The notes under the pieces were generated by a model. The model was not told the origin of the DNA, searched no databases, and was given only the letters and a program-made list of their open reading frames with translations. The position numbers and the translations under genes were made by a program. Shown here in pieces: positions 40,145 to 52,158 of a DNA stretch of 64,000 nt. The stretch lies in contig MU006089.1 in the NCBI GenBank assembly GCA_010093705.1, forward strand, positions 415,570 to 479,569. Direction: 5' to 3'. Position 1 is the first letter of the stretch; each line of letters begins with the position of its first letter. The DNA comes from Patellaria atrata CBS 101060 (Eukaryota).

Positions 40145-41174
40145 ATGCTACGTTGAATAAACTGAACCACTGGCTCAATCGATAGACGACGCTATGTAAA
40201 GCATGATCTACTCTTCCATTCCATGGGAACTGGGCAACTCCGTTTTCCGCAATGTGGACGGATTCTATTCTAAACACTTTTAAAACAAACAATGGTTAGT
40301 CGTGGTAGACAATGTAGCACAACAGGCAAAAAATTCTGGATCTGAGGACATGTGCTCAAAGTTGATCGTCATTCGCTCAAAAAATGCACTTTTGGCATGG
40401 TTCTCCACATATCGAACGATCTTCAGCGCGGTACATGGTGTTACCACTGAGTTGAGCCTCGGACACGTTGTTCACTCAGGAGAAATTCTCAGAGCTGATA
40501 TTAACATTGTCACGTCGAAACACACAAATGTTGAGGATCCCCTCACTCCATCTGACACGCGAGTACTTGGAGAGCTTAACGTCATTGTAACTGAAGCCGA
40601 TTGCGAGCATGTGTTACGATTCTGCGAGAAGGCACGCCTCGTGTTTCAAACCTGTCCAACTCGCATATTCCTGTATGGGTTCCAAATACGAGGTCCACTG
40701 TTAGAGTTATGGGTGTTCGATCGATCTGGAGCATATAGTTCCGAGCGTTTGAGAATCGCACCGCAAGCGGACGTACTCATCAAAATTCTCGTTAGCTAAA
40801 TGCTGATGAGCGACGAAGAAGTTGGCTTTAATTCGTTCGTCAAACACGATGAGATCAGAACCTATGTGGTATTCGACGGTATCGATGGCGTCAACGAGAG
40901 GTATTATCTCTCAAACCCTCCGCTCGTTGCACTAAACTATATTGTTGGGCCTGGAACAACATGCTACGCTGCCAAACGGTCCAAGGTCGTGCACCCAGGG
41001 TTTGTGGTCAAATTTGCTTGGAGATATCAGCCAAGTTATACAGAATCTGAGCTGCTGAGACTCACAAGAGAGCGCAATGTTTGGGGTGCAATCCGAGGAC
41101 ATGGATGGTAAGATCTCATGTCTATCGACATTCTGCGATCAGGCTTGCACTTTACGAAAGCATACGATCTCGAG
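40145..41174 (+). pseudogene. FunK1 (fungal-type protein kinase) pseudogene, N-terminal part only, cut by a LINE
   Basis: ELWVFDRSGAYSSE, LMSDEEVGF, GPGTTCYAA, VVKFAWR, ESELLRL..NVWG; in-frame stops; no catalytic-loop segment seen. Confidence 0.8.
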
Positions 41175-43419
41175 ATCAGTTGTGTTGCCAAAGCCCAATA
41201 AAGACGACTACTCTATACCAAAGTCATACAGGATCATCTCCTTAGATAATTGCTTAGGCAAGACTTTGGAAAAGACCATGGCAACAAGACTAGACTATCT
41301 AGCAAACACCACACACCTACTTCAGTACTCACAGATGGGAGGGAGGCAACAGCGCTCTGCTATTGATGCAATACTTTTACTGTTGGAGTACATCCAGAGA
41401 CAAAAGGCTGGCAAGTCAGGGAGTAGGAAACTTGCCACAACATTACTATTGGATGTGAAAGGAGCTTTTGACCATGTGTCAAAGAACCAACTACTGTCTA
41501 CCTGCAAACAACTAGGACTCCCATACAGTCTATGCCAATGGATATCATGTTTCTTAACTCACAGAAAGATGCAGCTGATATTTAATGGGGAAAGGCAAGA
41601 AATGCATAGCATAAATGTTGGTATACCTCAAGGCTCACCAATCTCACCGATTCTCTTCTTAATCTATATTAGGAAGATCTGTAAAAATAGGGAATGGATT
41701 AACCTACTAACTTATATTGATGACTTTTCACTGACAACAGTCTCCACATCCGCAAAGAAAAACTGCAAGCTGCTGGAACAGGCTGCTCAAGACCTAATCT
41801 CAATAGCCAAAGAACATGACATTGAATTTGATATTGCAAAAACGGAACTCATACACTTTCATAATAAGAGAAGGCCAATTCAGGACCCAATCTGCCTCTT
41901 CAACTAGGTGGTCTAACCAAAGCTAATGGTTAGATGGCTAGGGATGTTCCTAGACTCAAAACTCACTTTCAAACAGCATGTAGAGAAAAAGATCAAGAGT
42001 GCAGAAAATGCAATGTACATGATTCAAAGACTAGGAAACACGCAGAAAAGTCTATCAATGCAAGCAGTGCGTCAGCTGTATAGTGCATGCGTCAACTCAA
42101 TAGCAGACTATGGAGTACCAGTATGGTGGAACCCGAAACACAGGAACAGCCAGCAAGTTAGAAGGTATCAAACATTGCAGAACAAAGCATTGAGGATGAT
42201 CTTAGGTGTCTTCAAGACCTCTCCAAGCATAGTCATGGAGATTGAAGCAGGCCTGCCTCCTCCAGCTGTCAGATTTGAGAAGCTGTGCAATTCTTATGCC
42301 CTCAGGACTCTGAAGTTCCACAAAAACCATCTAGTTAAGAGAGTGCTCTGGGAAGAGCTTGGAAGAGATGACTCAGATGAACCTCAGACTCTGACTCAGA
42401 AGCAGACAATACTTCAATCAAGTATTTCGCAAGACCAAACACTCAGGTCCTATCGTTATTGAAGAGAACTCAGGAGTTTATCGCCAACTGGAAGATAGAA
42501 AAGATTTCTGTACATAATGTCCAACCTTGGAGGCCAAAGTTAAAGGCATTATTTATCATCTCCAGCAAGGATAAGGAAAAACCATCAAAGCAACATGATA
42601 AACCAATCAGAGACCTAGAATCAGGGATGAAGGATGGGCTGGTCAGTGTTTACTAAACTGATAGGTCTAAAGAAGGGAATAGAAATGCTGCAGGAGCATG
42701 CCAGATAGGAAATAATCAGCGCATTTTGTTTGTCAGCGACTGGAACTTAGGGGATAGCGTTGAGATTATGGATGTTGAGCCATTTGCCATCCTTAAAGCA
42801 CTGGAAAGAGAAAAGACCTAACGTGAGAAGGGACAATCCATTGCCAAAAACATATGGGTTTTTGTGGACAGCCAGGCAGCACTTAAGAGGCTCCAAAAGA
42901 ACAGCCTTGATGGAGGACAAGAATTAGGTGTGATGATAAATGACCTATGCAATACTCTTACCAATGAATGGGAAATGAAAATTACCTTCAGCTGGGTTCC
43001 TGGCCATAAGAACATCTTTGGGAATGATATAGCAGACAAGCTGACTAAAAAGGGACTGGGCCGCAAGCCTACAGGCACTTCATTCACATCACTCAGTTAT
43101 ATCATACGAAAATGCAAGGAAAAGATCTTATCTGATTGGAAACAAAGCTAGGAAGCCAATAGTAAGAGACAAGGCAAACATTACACACGCATTTGTAGAG
43201 ATCTTATGCGTTTCTCACTCGGTATACCCAAATCTAAATGTCCAGAAAAAGATCTAAGCAGCATACTTTCAACTTAAGACTGGTATTGGATTCTTCAAGT
43301 CTTACTAAGGTGATTGGGAAAGATGAAGAAGGGAAGTGCTTTGGAGACTGTTAATCACTTTAAACACCAACACACCTTATTTCACATTGTGCACACTACT
43401 CTAAAGAGCGCAAGGAAAT
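41175..43419 (+). mobile_element. 5'-truncated, degenerate Tad1-like non-LTR retrotransposon (RT + RNase H + C-terminal Cys/His knuckle remnant)
   Basis: VLPKPNKDDYSIPKSYRIISL, LLDVKGAFDHV, GIPQGSPISPILF, YIDD, VRWLGMFLDSKLTF; RNase H FVDSQAAL and WVPGHKNIFGNDIADKL; many TAA/TAG stops. Confidence 0.93.
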
Positions 43420-43977
43420 TGTTACGGCCACAAATCGTTGGAAGCATGTAGTTGGCAAGTGGGGAGACGGAAGGACCACAGCGGCACAACTACGGGGGAA
43501 ATCGGTGATACGGGAATCACGTGACGTGGACGCAGTGGACGTAGGAGGAGGTCTACGTCCAACGTCCAAAATATAGCGTGGACGCAGTGGACGTAGAAGG
43601 GGTTCTACGTCCAGCGCGTCCAAAGACCAAATTGAACTATGAAGGATGGGAATATTTAAGGACGTTCCTTTACGCATGTATTTAGATTCTTCGTAGTTAT
43701 TCTTACCATCAATCTTACCCATAGATTTGGATGTTACGGTTTTGAACTTGACTTCACTTGTTACGCTGTTTCCATACAGTACGTCTTGTCTCATTGTGAG
43801 CATTACCCGAAGTCAAGGAGTCAGCAAGTTGTACCGTCAACTCAAAGTGCCTTTGTTATACGTATCCTATCACTTTGCCAAACCTACCCTAGTGGTTGAC
43901 CACGTTAAGTGAGAAGCCAGGCGCGTTTCTAGACTTATCCTGTTCCGTCTCGATAAGTATAGACTCCCGTTATAACA
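43420..43977. mobile_element. Solo LTR (558 bp)
   Basis: Begins TGTTACG and ends TATAACA (TG..CA with 5-bp inverted ends TGTTA/TAACA); internal TATTTAAG near 43653; non-coding; no matching TSD. Confidence 0.65.
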
Positions 43978-44678
43978 TAGAGCTATTAGTATAAAATTTA
44001 GGCTATTGTTAGATTCTAGATCCTATAACGGCGTAGCAGTTATAGCTAATAGAGTTGGATTAAACTGATATAATCTATACTATAGTGTAAAGAGATTGAA
44101 AGAAAGAGTTATAGTAGTTGTATTTCTGGCAAAACCAAAGGGGCAATTCCACTTATACTGTTTGCAGTGAACTTATCGCACTTACCAAAATAGTAGAGTT
44201 CTTGGACGATTATGGGCTAGTTTGTGTTCCGTACCAGCATTTTGGACCAGTCAGCATTTTTCGAGTGTGGGTTGTGCAATTATTATACCTTGTGAAATCA
44301 GTGGGGAATGAGATGTAGAGGTCTATATTTCAGGTTTTGATTACTCTGATAATAGTCATAAACATGTTACCTATTATGTGAACTGTAAGAGAATAGTGGC
44401 TGGTTTGTGCCTGTTTCCGTAAGGTAACTGAGTCCGAGCTTGGAACTTCTAACCTCACTTCTAACCATGTCTACATGTTTGATATAAGGGGATGACAAAG
44501 CATCTAAACTTACTTTCTTATATATATTCTGCTAGATCAGAATAAAGCAATCTGAGAATGATCGCTCAAACCCTCTCCAATCCACTTCAATCACGTGGTG
44601 GCGAACATAACTCTCCCAACTCATATCCTCCTTGAAGGCACCACTCCACCACCTCCCTCCGCCATAATACACTCCAGA

Positions 44679-45908
44679 ATGGTCTTCCTCACCACAGGTG
44701 CACACTCTTCACGCGTCACCAAATCTCGGGTGAAACCCTCATTCCTGAGACGAACCTCGTCCGCCTTCTCTACCACACCCCGCCGAAAACCCTCTACGTC
44801 CACTCCCACGAGCAAAAAACCCAAAAAGGCTCCACTCCCAGACGATGACGACGACGACTTTCTATCGGGGGACCGTCTCGACGACACCGGTTTCCCCCAC
44901 GCTCTCTCAACCGACCTCTCCCTCCGCGACGTCCCCCAACTCCTCCTCCACACGCAATCAAAGATGTTCGACCCCCTCCCCACACCGGCGGGGATGAGCT
45001 CAACCCGGATAGCCGAAGTGCTCCAATTCCGCGCCCGCATGCCCCCAATCGTCAGCGTAGCGCACATCCACGCTCTCGCCTCCTCCCCCACAGCCACGGA
45101 GCGCGAAACAGCACAGCTGATCCAAAAGGGTATCCTGCGACGTATACGGATCGAAGGACGCGTGAACGGCGCTGCAGACGTAGGCGAGGGCATCGTGCTA
45201 ACTAGCGCGTGGGAATCCCGCGTGCGCTCCGCACGGGAGCTCGATGGTGGCGTTAAGGAGCGCTATATCGCGCTCCTCCGTGCCCATCCCACGTCCACGA
45301 CGCTCCCTGGCCGCGAGTTGCGACAGGAGGACGCCGCGGCCCTCACGTCCGCGGGTTTCCTCACACGTACCCAGCCGAGGTCTGCGGCTGCCGACGTGCT
45401 GTCTGCGCCCTCGGCGGCGGGCACCAGTAGCACGCTCGCGAGTCTCGCGACCGCTGGGTCGAAAGCTGCGGCCGGCACCGTCGAGGCCGTCGGGGGCGTG
45501 GGTGCCGTTCTCGCCTCTGGAGCTGGCGGTGTCAGAGGGCTCGCGTCTAGAGACAGGAGGGCCGAGGGGGAGTTCAACTTCGCGCTGCCAGCCACAGGCG
45601 CGTATCTCAAGCTACTCGCTGCGGCGAGGGCGCATTTGGTCTCGTTGCTCGAGAAGACGAGCAGGTGGAGGGAAGCGCCGGTAAGCGTGTTGAGGGAGCG
45701 CTGGGAGGGTGGGGTCGCGGGGGATGATGTCGCGGCAGCGGAGAAGAGGGAGAGAGGGTGGACCGGGGTGCTGCCGGGAAGGACGAGGAAGTGGAGGAGC
45801 TTTTGGGGGTGTGGGTTTGAGTGGGTGCTGGAGGAGTGTGTCGGGGCTGGGTTGGTGGAGTGTTTCGAGACGGGGAGTGTAGGGGTTGGGGTTAGGGTTG
45901 TGCGATGA
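44679..45908 (+). CDS. STK19: STK19-like (serine/threonine-protein kinase 19 family, winged-helix) protein; single exon
   Basis: GMSSTRIAEVLQFR..PPIVSVAHIHAL..SPTATERE, LPATGAYLKLL, LRERWEGG, GVLPGRTRKWRSFWG, GAGLVECFETGSVG. Confidence 0.82.
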   Translation: MVFLTTGAHSSRVTKSRVKPSFLRRTSSAFSTTPRRKPSTSTPTSKKPKKAPLPDDDDDDFLSGDRLDDTGFPHALSTDLSLRDVPQLLLHTQSKMFDPLPTPAGMSSTRIAEVLQFRARMPPIVSVAHIHALASSPTATERETAQLIQKGILRRIRIEGRVNGAADVGEGIVLTSAWESRVRSARELDGGVKERYIALLRAHPTSTTLPGRELRQEDAAALTSAGFLTRTQPRSAAADVLSAPSAAGTSSTLASLATAGSKAAAGTVEAVGGVGAVLASGAGGVRGLASRDRRAEGEFNFALPATGAYLKLLAAARAHLVSLLEKTSRWREAPVSVLRERWEGGVAGDDVAAAEKRERGWTGVLPGRTRKWRSFWGCGFEWVLEECVGAGLVECFETGSVGVGVRVVR

Positions 45909-46179
45909 TCGTAGGGGAAGAACATGAGTTTGAGGTTGCTGGGGAAACTGCCGCGGGTTAAGGAGGGGCTAAATGAGTCACGGTAATGGCTCACGTGCTT
46001 ATTATTGAGCGAATATCAGACGGGATCCGGCATCTTGTCTTATCTGATATATATCGTTTTACACATGCTCAAAGCTCGTAGCAGTAGTGACGTCTATTCA
46101 GGGCCTTCTATCATGCTTTTCGCTTAATCTTCCCCCGTCCTTTCCTCGTCAGAGACGCCCAGACTTCACTGCCCTGAAC

Positions 46180-47070
46180 TTACGCGCTCTTCACCGGCAT
46201 ATCGTCTTCATATTTTATCTCCCTTATGCCGTCCTTCGTCACGACCTTCACGAAGACGCCTTTGAAGTCGATCGGTAACCGTCTTTTCAGCTCGTCTGTG
46301 CACATTCGGAGGATCTTCATGCCCTGTTCGAAGTCGATATCCGGGTGGTGATGTTTATCCAGTATGGACAGACAGTAGTATCTAGACGAAAAAAAGAAAA
46401 GTTAGTATATAACGCTCTTACAAATCGCAACTCCCTCCACTTCTTGGTAGACCCTTCCCCAAACCCTCCCGGGGAACCTAATCTAACTGAACAATTCCAA
46501 AGGAGCAACTCGGCGTAAAACTCACTGTGCGTATCCATGCGCCGCGTACGGCAACTTCGCCAAACTCGCCAGATAGTCCGCCCAGTATAAGCTGGGCTTC
46601 TCGGTGATCGGATCCCAACCTCCAAGCATAAGGTTCACGGTATACGGTTTCCGGCTCCTGAGAGCTTTTGCCAGTTCCCCGCGCACGAAGGAAGCGACGG
46701 CCCCGGGGCCGAGGTTGGTGTCATTGCGCATGCTGTAGAGCTGGATGTTCGCTTGGATGTATTCGGCAAATTGGACTATATGGCGGTTAATGGGCTATTT
46801 CGGTGGGAAGAGAGGAAATGGATGAGGTTGGGTTGTTGTGGGGTTTATGAAGTGAATGTACCTGTGTCTCCAGCTTCCCCCGAGAAGGCCATCAGAGAGT
46901 GCTTATTCAGAGCTCTTGTCTTGTCGTCTGAAGCTTTCAGGATGGTGGCCCCGCGCATGGCGGCTTTGGATGCTGCGATGATGGTGTAGTCTTTGCCGGT
47001 TATGCCTAAGAGGACCTCCCTGGGGAAACTGTTAGCTTGAGAATAACATCGTGATGGGTGCTGCTTACAT
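46180..47070 (-). CDS. PRE1: 20S proteasome subunit beta4; 4 exons, start codon split AT|G
   Basis: [57 protein letters not shown]. Confidence 0.95.
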
Positions 47071-47331
47071 AATTATAGTATGTGAATATTATGAGATTCT
47101 ATTTAGGGGGAAGTGGGGATCTGGAGCTTCTTGGACTTTTGAATGTTGGTTGTATGGATGTTTCTAACAGGCACTCACGGCCTTCGCGTTCAGATGTTGG
47201 AGCTCGGGCCATCCGTGGGTGAAGCATTTTGCCGATGCCGAACTTTTTTTTTTGGTATTTCATCATCAATCTTAGGGAAATAAATCCGCGAAAGAACCCT
47301 TTCACACGCCAATTCCCGAGATTCTGGGACA

Positions 47332-49212
47332 ATGTCCTCCTTCTTCACACTTCCCGCGTCCCAACGTAAAAGAAAGCGACCTGAAGGCTCGACCGCACCA
47401 TCTTCCAAGAGAAGAACGGCTTCCTCGTCCGCTGGTCCCAGACAGAACAGACCTGCAAAAGCTAGGAAAGAGAGGGATAAGTCAATATCAGTCAGTGAAG
47501 ATGATAGCGACGAGGACGACCATGCTCGCTCCCCAAATCCCGCCTCAGAAGAGGAATCAGATGATGAAGAAACAGCTGCAGAGCGCCGTTTGCGCCTCGC
47601 AGAACAATATCTCGAGAACATTCGCGAAGAGGTAGATGAGGCAGGCTTTGATGCTGCAGACATAGATAAAGATCTCATTGCTGAGCGCTTGAAAGAAGAT
47701 GTTGCAGAGACCAAGGGTAAAGTTTTTAAATACATAGCGAAAGAGTTAGACTGGGAGGGGGCAACGCATACTTTATTCCGCGCGGATCAGCACCCTATCA
47801 CCGGAGTAGCAACGTACGGAGACTATGCATACACAGTAGGGAAGGACATGAGCATAGTCAAATGGGAGATCCCAACGCCACCTCCAGATACCGTCAACGG
47901 ATCTGATTCCTCCGCTACCTTAAACGGTTCAACTCGAGGGTCGAATTACACCCTCCGACGCAGACCCAAAAAGCTACTATATACCAGAGGACTCCATAGC
48001 ACATCTTCTTCCAAGGAAAGTCTAAAATCAAGAAAAGAGCCCCCACAACACCACACCTCTCAGATCCGCTGCGTCGCCGCCTCCCCCACTGGCCGCTTTC
48101 TCGCGACAGGTGACAGCACCGGTACGCTCATAGTCTGGGACCCAGAAACATTGAAACCTCTCAAGGTCTTCGCGACCCAGCACCGTGGTGCAATCAATGG
48201 CCTTGCTTTTCGAAGGGGAACGAATCAGCTCTTCTCCGCGAGCTCGGACCGCACTATCAAGCTCTGGAGTCTCGACGAGCTCGCGTACATCGAGACGCTC
48301 TTCGGACACCAAGACATCGTCGTCGACGTCGCCGCGCTGGCAGACGAGAGCTGCGTCAGCGTCGGCGCACGGGATCGCACCGCGAGACTGTGGAAGGTAG
48401 TCGAAGAGTCCCAGCTCGTCTTCCGCGGCGGCGGCTCCGGCGGCTCGAAGTCCAAACTCAATAAATGGGAACCTATACGCCAGAACCAGGAAAACGTGGA
48501 CGAAAAGAACCTCAGCCATGACGAGGGTTCTATTGACCGTCTCTGCATCCTCTCCTCCGACCTCTTTGTCACCGGCTCCGATAACGGTGCCTTGGCCCTA
48601 TGGAACATTCATAAGAAAAAACCAATCCATGTCGTCCCTTTGGCGCACGGGTTGGATCCGGGAATCACGAAGGAGGAAGCACTCGCGGAAGAGGACTTGG
48701 AGAGTGTGGAGTGGAGACCCCCGCCGAGACAGCCAAGGTGGATCACCGCCCTCGCTAGTGTGCCGTATGCGGATGTCGTGGTCAGTGGGAGCTGGGATGG
48801 GTGGGTGAGGGTTTGGAGGGTCGAAGGGGGGAGGAGGTTGATTGAGGTTGGGAAGGTCGGGTATCAACATCAACTGAACTCTATTCCTCCGGCTGGGGGG
48901 GAGAGTAATGGTGCGAATGAGGAGATGGAAAATGGAGGATCTGGTGTGATTGGGGAAGCAGAGGCGAAGGAGAAGACACCCGTAAGGGGCGTTATTACTG
49001 ATATCTCCATCTTTGAACGAGGCGAGAGGGGGAGAGATGGCGTGTGCATTGTCGCGGCGGTGGGCAAGGAACATCGATTGGGTCGGTGGTTCAAGATGCC
49101 TGGGAAGAACGGGGGCGTGGTGTTTGAAGTGAGGAGAAAAGCGGGCCTAGGCCGAACTAGCTCTGATCCGATGGTGAACGGTGAGGTGAGCGAGGGTGAA
49201 AAGGACGCGTAA
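47332..49212 (+). CDS. RRP9: U3 snoRNP-associated WD40 protein Rrp9
   Basis: ETAAERRLRLAEQYL, IDKDLIAERLKEDV, YIETLFGHQD, VGARDRTARLWKVVEESQLVFRG, GKEHRLGRW. Confidence 0.95.
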   Translation: MSSFFTLPASQRKRKRPEGSTAPSSKRRTASSSAGPRQNRPAKARKERDKSISVSEDDSDEDDHARSPNPASEEESDDEETAAERRLRLAEQYLENIREEVDEAGFDAADIDKDLIAERLKEDVAETKGKVFKYIAKELDWEGATHTLFRADQHPITGVATYGDYAYTVGKDMSIVKWEIPTPPPDTVNGSDSSATLNGSTRGSNYTLRRRPKKLLYTRGLHSTSSSKESLKSRKEPPQHHTSQIRCVAASPTGRFLATGDSTGTLIVWDPETLKPLKVFATQHRGAINGLAFRRGTNQLFSASSDRTIKLWSLDELAYIETLFGHQDIVVDVAALADESCVSVGARDRTARLWKVVEESQLVFRGGGSGGSKSKLNKWEPIRQNQENVDEKNLSHDEGSIDRLCILSSDLFVTGSDNGALALWNIHKKKPIHVVPLAHGLDPGITKEEALAEEDLESVEWRPPPRQPRWITALASVPYADVVVSGSWDGWVRVWRVEGGRRLIEVGKVGYQHQLNSIPPAGGESNGANEEMENGGSGVIGEAEAKEKTPVRGVITDISIFERGERGRDGVCIVAAVGKEHRLGRWFKMPGKNGGVVFEVRRKAGLGRTSSDPMVNGEVSEGEKDA

Positions 49213-49432
49213 AGTGTACAGTACCAAAACGAGCGCGGTCTTGTACAGGCATTGCATATTTTTATTGACGTCGGATATGGACGTCATGGTATAGACTACC
49301 ACTACTACTGTGACTTTTGAAGCATGATATGACAGGTCACCGAGGACCTATACTCTCCTCTAATCCACAACATCTCGATCATGGTGACCATGCATCTCCA
49401 CTCCGTGACTGTCTCAACTCTGTTCGCTATCC

Positions 49433-51217
49433 TCACTCACCACGCAAGGTAACCTGGTCACTATCGTGACTAGCTACAGTACTCTCGCCATCACCACACA
49501 GGGTCGTCTCGCCCTCACTACCTCTACGAACGTAACGAACCTGAAGATTCTGATGAGCCCTAACGTCCACACCACGCCCACGAGGCTCAGCCGTCTCGAT
49601 AACCTCATCATCGCTATCCACAAGTGGGCCCCTGTCGCCCCAAGTGGCGGCATTATCTATCCACTCCGATCCAGGCTCACCCAGCAGTCTCTTCCTCCAA
49701 AGCATGTTCTTCAATAAGGTAGCGCCATGCTTGCTGAAGCAGAGGGCGGGGTCGACGGGCTTGACGGCGTCATTGCCGAGGACACCGAGCGCGGCAAGGC
49801 CGAGGTAAGAGTGGTAGATGTCTGGGGGGTCGCCGGGGAGCTTGCCGAAGCCGCCGATGGCGTGTTGGGGCTTTGAGAGGAGGTATAGCTGGTTTTCGGT
49901 GTAGGAGAGGAGATTGAGTTTGCCTAGGATCTGGTGGGGGTGGGTGAGCTTAGTGCGGGGTGAAAGTGGGATATTTATGGGGCAGGGATATTGTGGGTTG
50001 AGGGTTAGGGGAGGTTTGGTTTAGGGGTCATATTGAGTTGAACTTACAGCCATCGATGCGCATGTCCACCATGCATAGCAGGTATCTGCAACCTTATTGG
50101 GGCGGCCGTTGAAGCCGATCCATTGGAGTTCGACTGCAGGTGGTGGACGGTCTTTCTCGCACGTTTCATCGGATTTGGCGGGTACGCTACGCGTCTTAAC
50201 GAAGCTGTGCGCGTCGTGGCAGGTTGCTGTTGTATCGGTTTCGTCGGAGTAGGTATCTGCGGCCTCTTCGTCGTCTAGAGTGGTGGTCTGGCGTGATACG
50301 AACCAGCGGACCGTGAGGTCAAGGTCAGTCAAGCCGGATAGACGCACGTTACCATAGTGGTACAGATGACCTCCTACTCCATTAGGAAGGCGGTCAAGGA
50401 ATGAGAGTGTACTGATGGCGCAGTATGTGAACCCAGCTAGAATATCATGAGTAGGATAGACAGCGTGGATACCTCTGCTTGCATACCGTGTGCTTCGTGA
50501 AAAGGGGCTTCTGAGATGCCACCATCATATGTCTGCGCATGTTTTAGAGATACAAAGTACGTATACAAAGGGGATTCACAGAAAACCCGAACGTACTTGT
50601 GACCTTCTTATGCAGTCTACGAGCTTGTCGACGTTGATATCGGGCATACCCAAGACTGAACCGGTCTTATGCCCACGCAATATGTACCGTATTCCAGTCG
50701 CACAGTATCCGAATCGAGTATCTTGCCCTCCCTCTATCTGTCCGTTCTCACCTAGTATTTCACCAAAGCTTCCATCTTCTCTTTGCATCTGTAGTAACCA
50801 GCGTAGACACGCTCTCTTGTTCACGCGCTGGAGACTATCTCCAAGCAATATCAAGGTCGAAAGAGCAAAGTACGTGGCGGGAATATTGGCAGGATCCCAT
50901 TGTTTATTTTGTTTATTCCTCAATTGTCCGAAATCTGTTCCTGGAAATCCTCTGAAACCACCTTCAGGATGCTGGCAGCTGTACAGGAAGCGCGCGTAGT
51001 CTGCTCGTTCTGCGGGAGTCGTGCTTGGTAGGAGGGCGCCCAGGAGGTCTAGAGCGGATATGATGAAGAAGGATAGCATCAATCGGTTTGAGTCATTGCT
51101 GGTGTATTGGTGAGGTAGGTAAGTTTTGAGACATCGTTTCCAGTAATTGATATGCTTCGCCCTGTCCAGTCCACTATGTGCGGCGAACCCTGGGTGAATG
51201 GTTGCGTTTTGGGCCAT
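49433..51217 (-). CDS. CDC43: Geranylgeranyltransferase type I beta subunit; 4 exons
   Basis: HINYWKRCLKTYLP..DSNR, GGFRGFPG, DTRFGYCA, YDGGISEAPFHEAH, GFNGRPNKVADTCYAWW, GGFGKLPGDPPDIYHSYLGLAAL. Confidence 0.92.
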
Positions 51218-51485
51218 GAGTCGGAGGAAACAGATCTGCGCCCAGGATAATTGGTAGATTATGAAATGAAGCACATAAAGGAAGTCTTAAATAGCTATCT
51301 GGAAGCTTTCTTGTTCATGTTAGTGACGCGTTCGATCTGAAGGTCAAATGGTGTCGGAGATCGGTTGGTGGGGGGGTGCATCATCCGGAAGTCTTCCGGG
51401 GGATCTTTAGGGGGGTTAAGGGGGGGTAGAGGGCATAGCTCGCATGGACTACCCGAACCCCTCTTGCAGGAGCTTCATGCATCTC

Positions 51486-51809
51486 TAGGATGGCAAGAAA
51501 AATGGGTTTTAAAATAAAACCCAGGTTTGAACCATACACCAAAAAAGCCCGGTTTAAACTGGTATTAAACCAACAAGTGACTAAGTTTACTGTACGAGCT
51601 AAGTAAGACACACGTTATCTGTCCGGTCCCCGCTACTTAAGGTTCACGTGCACCGCTTGTTATCTAGGCTGAATAGGGTTAGCGGGCGTAAATAGTCTTA
51701 GTCAGTCTACCTTAGAAGATATACGCTAAAGGCTTGGTAGTTCAAATATTTCAAAACACCGGGTTTACACCAGGTTTAACCCGGTTAATTTAGATGCCAA
51801 CCTTACCTA
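51486..51809. mobile_element. Non-autonomous hAT-type MITE (324 bp)
   Basis: 8-bp direct repeat TGCATCTC at 51478-51485 and 51810-51817; ends TAGGATGGCA and TGCCAACCTTACCTA; subterminal CC(A/G)GTTT-type repeats at both ends. Confidence 0.8.
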
Positions 51810-52158
51810 TGCATCTCAAGACAGCTGAGTGGCTTAGGGAGCTGACACACAGTTTGAGGCTGAACACGGGATACGAGAACCCTGGAGAACATCCTGAAAC
51901 TCATGCAAACAACCATTTCTCACTTTCTCTACTCTTACATAGCGACAGCGAGTATACCCTAGATATTGTCGCTTCCTCCTGAATCGACGTACTCATAAGG
52001 CAGTCCTAGCAATAGCCACTGTGCGGAGGTTTCCCCGTTTAGTGACTACTCCCGCCGCAATCTTCCAGCTTCAACACGTCTACTTTCATACATTCGTTTA
52101 AAAACGTTGTAACAGCAATCGCACCTCATTTGCAACTTTTTTTACACCGCTAGACGTC

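Noticed and set aside
37656..44500. Starship-type giant element inserted at 5S rDNA
   Set aside because: The 5S gene is uninterrupted and no DUF3435 tyrosine recombinase ORF is visible.
44621..45994. Long antisense ORFs over STK19 (similar ones over YTM1, MRPL25, RRP9 and the GST)
   Set aside because: They are shadows of GC-rich coding sequence with low-complexity translations.
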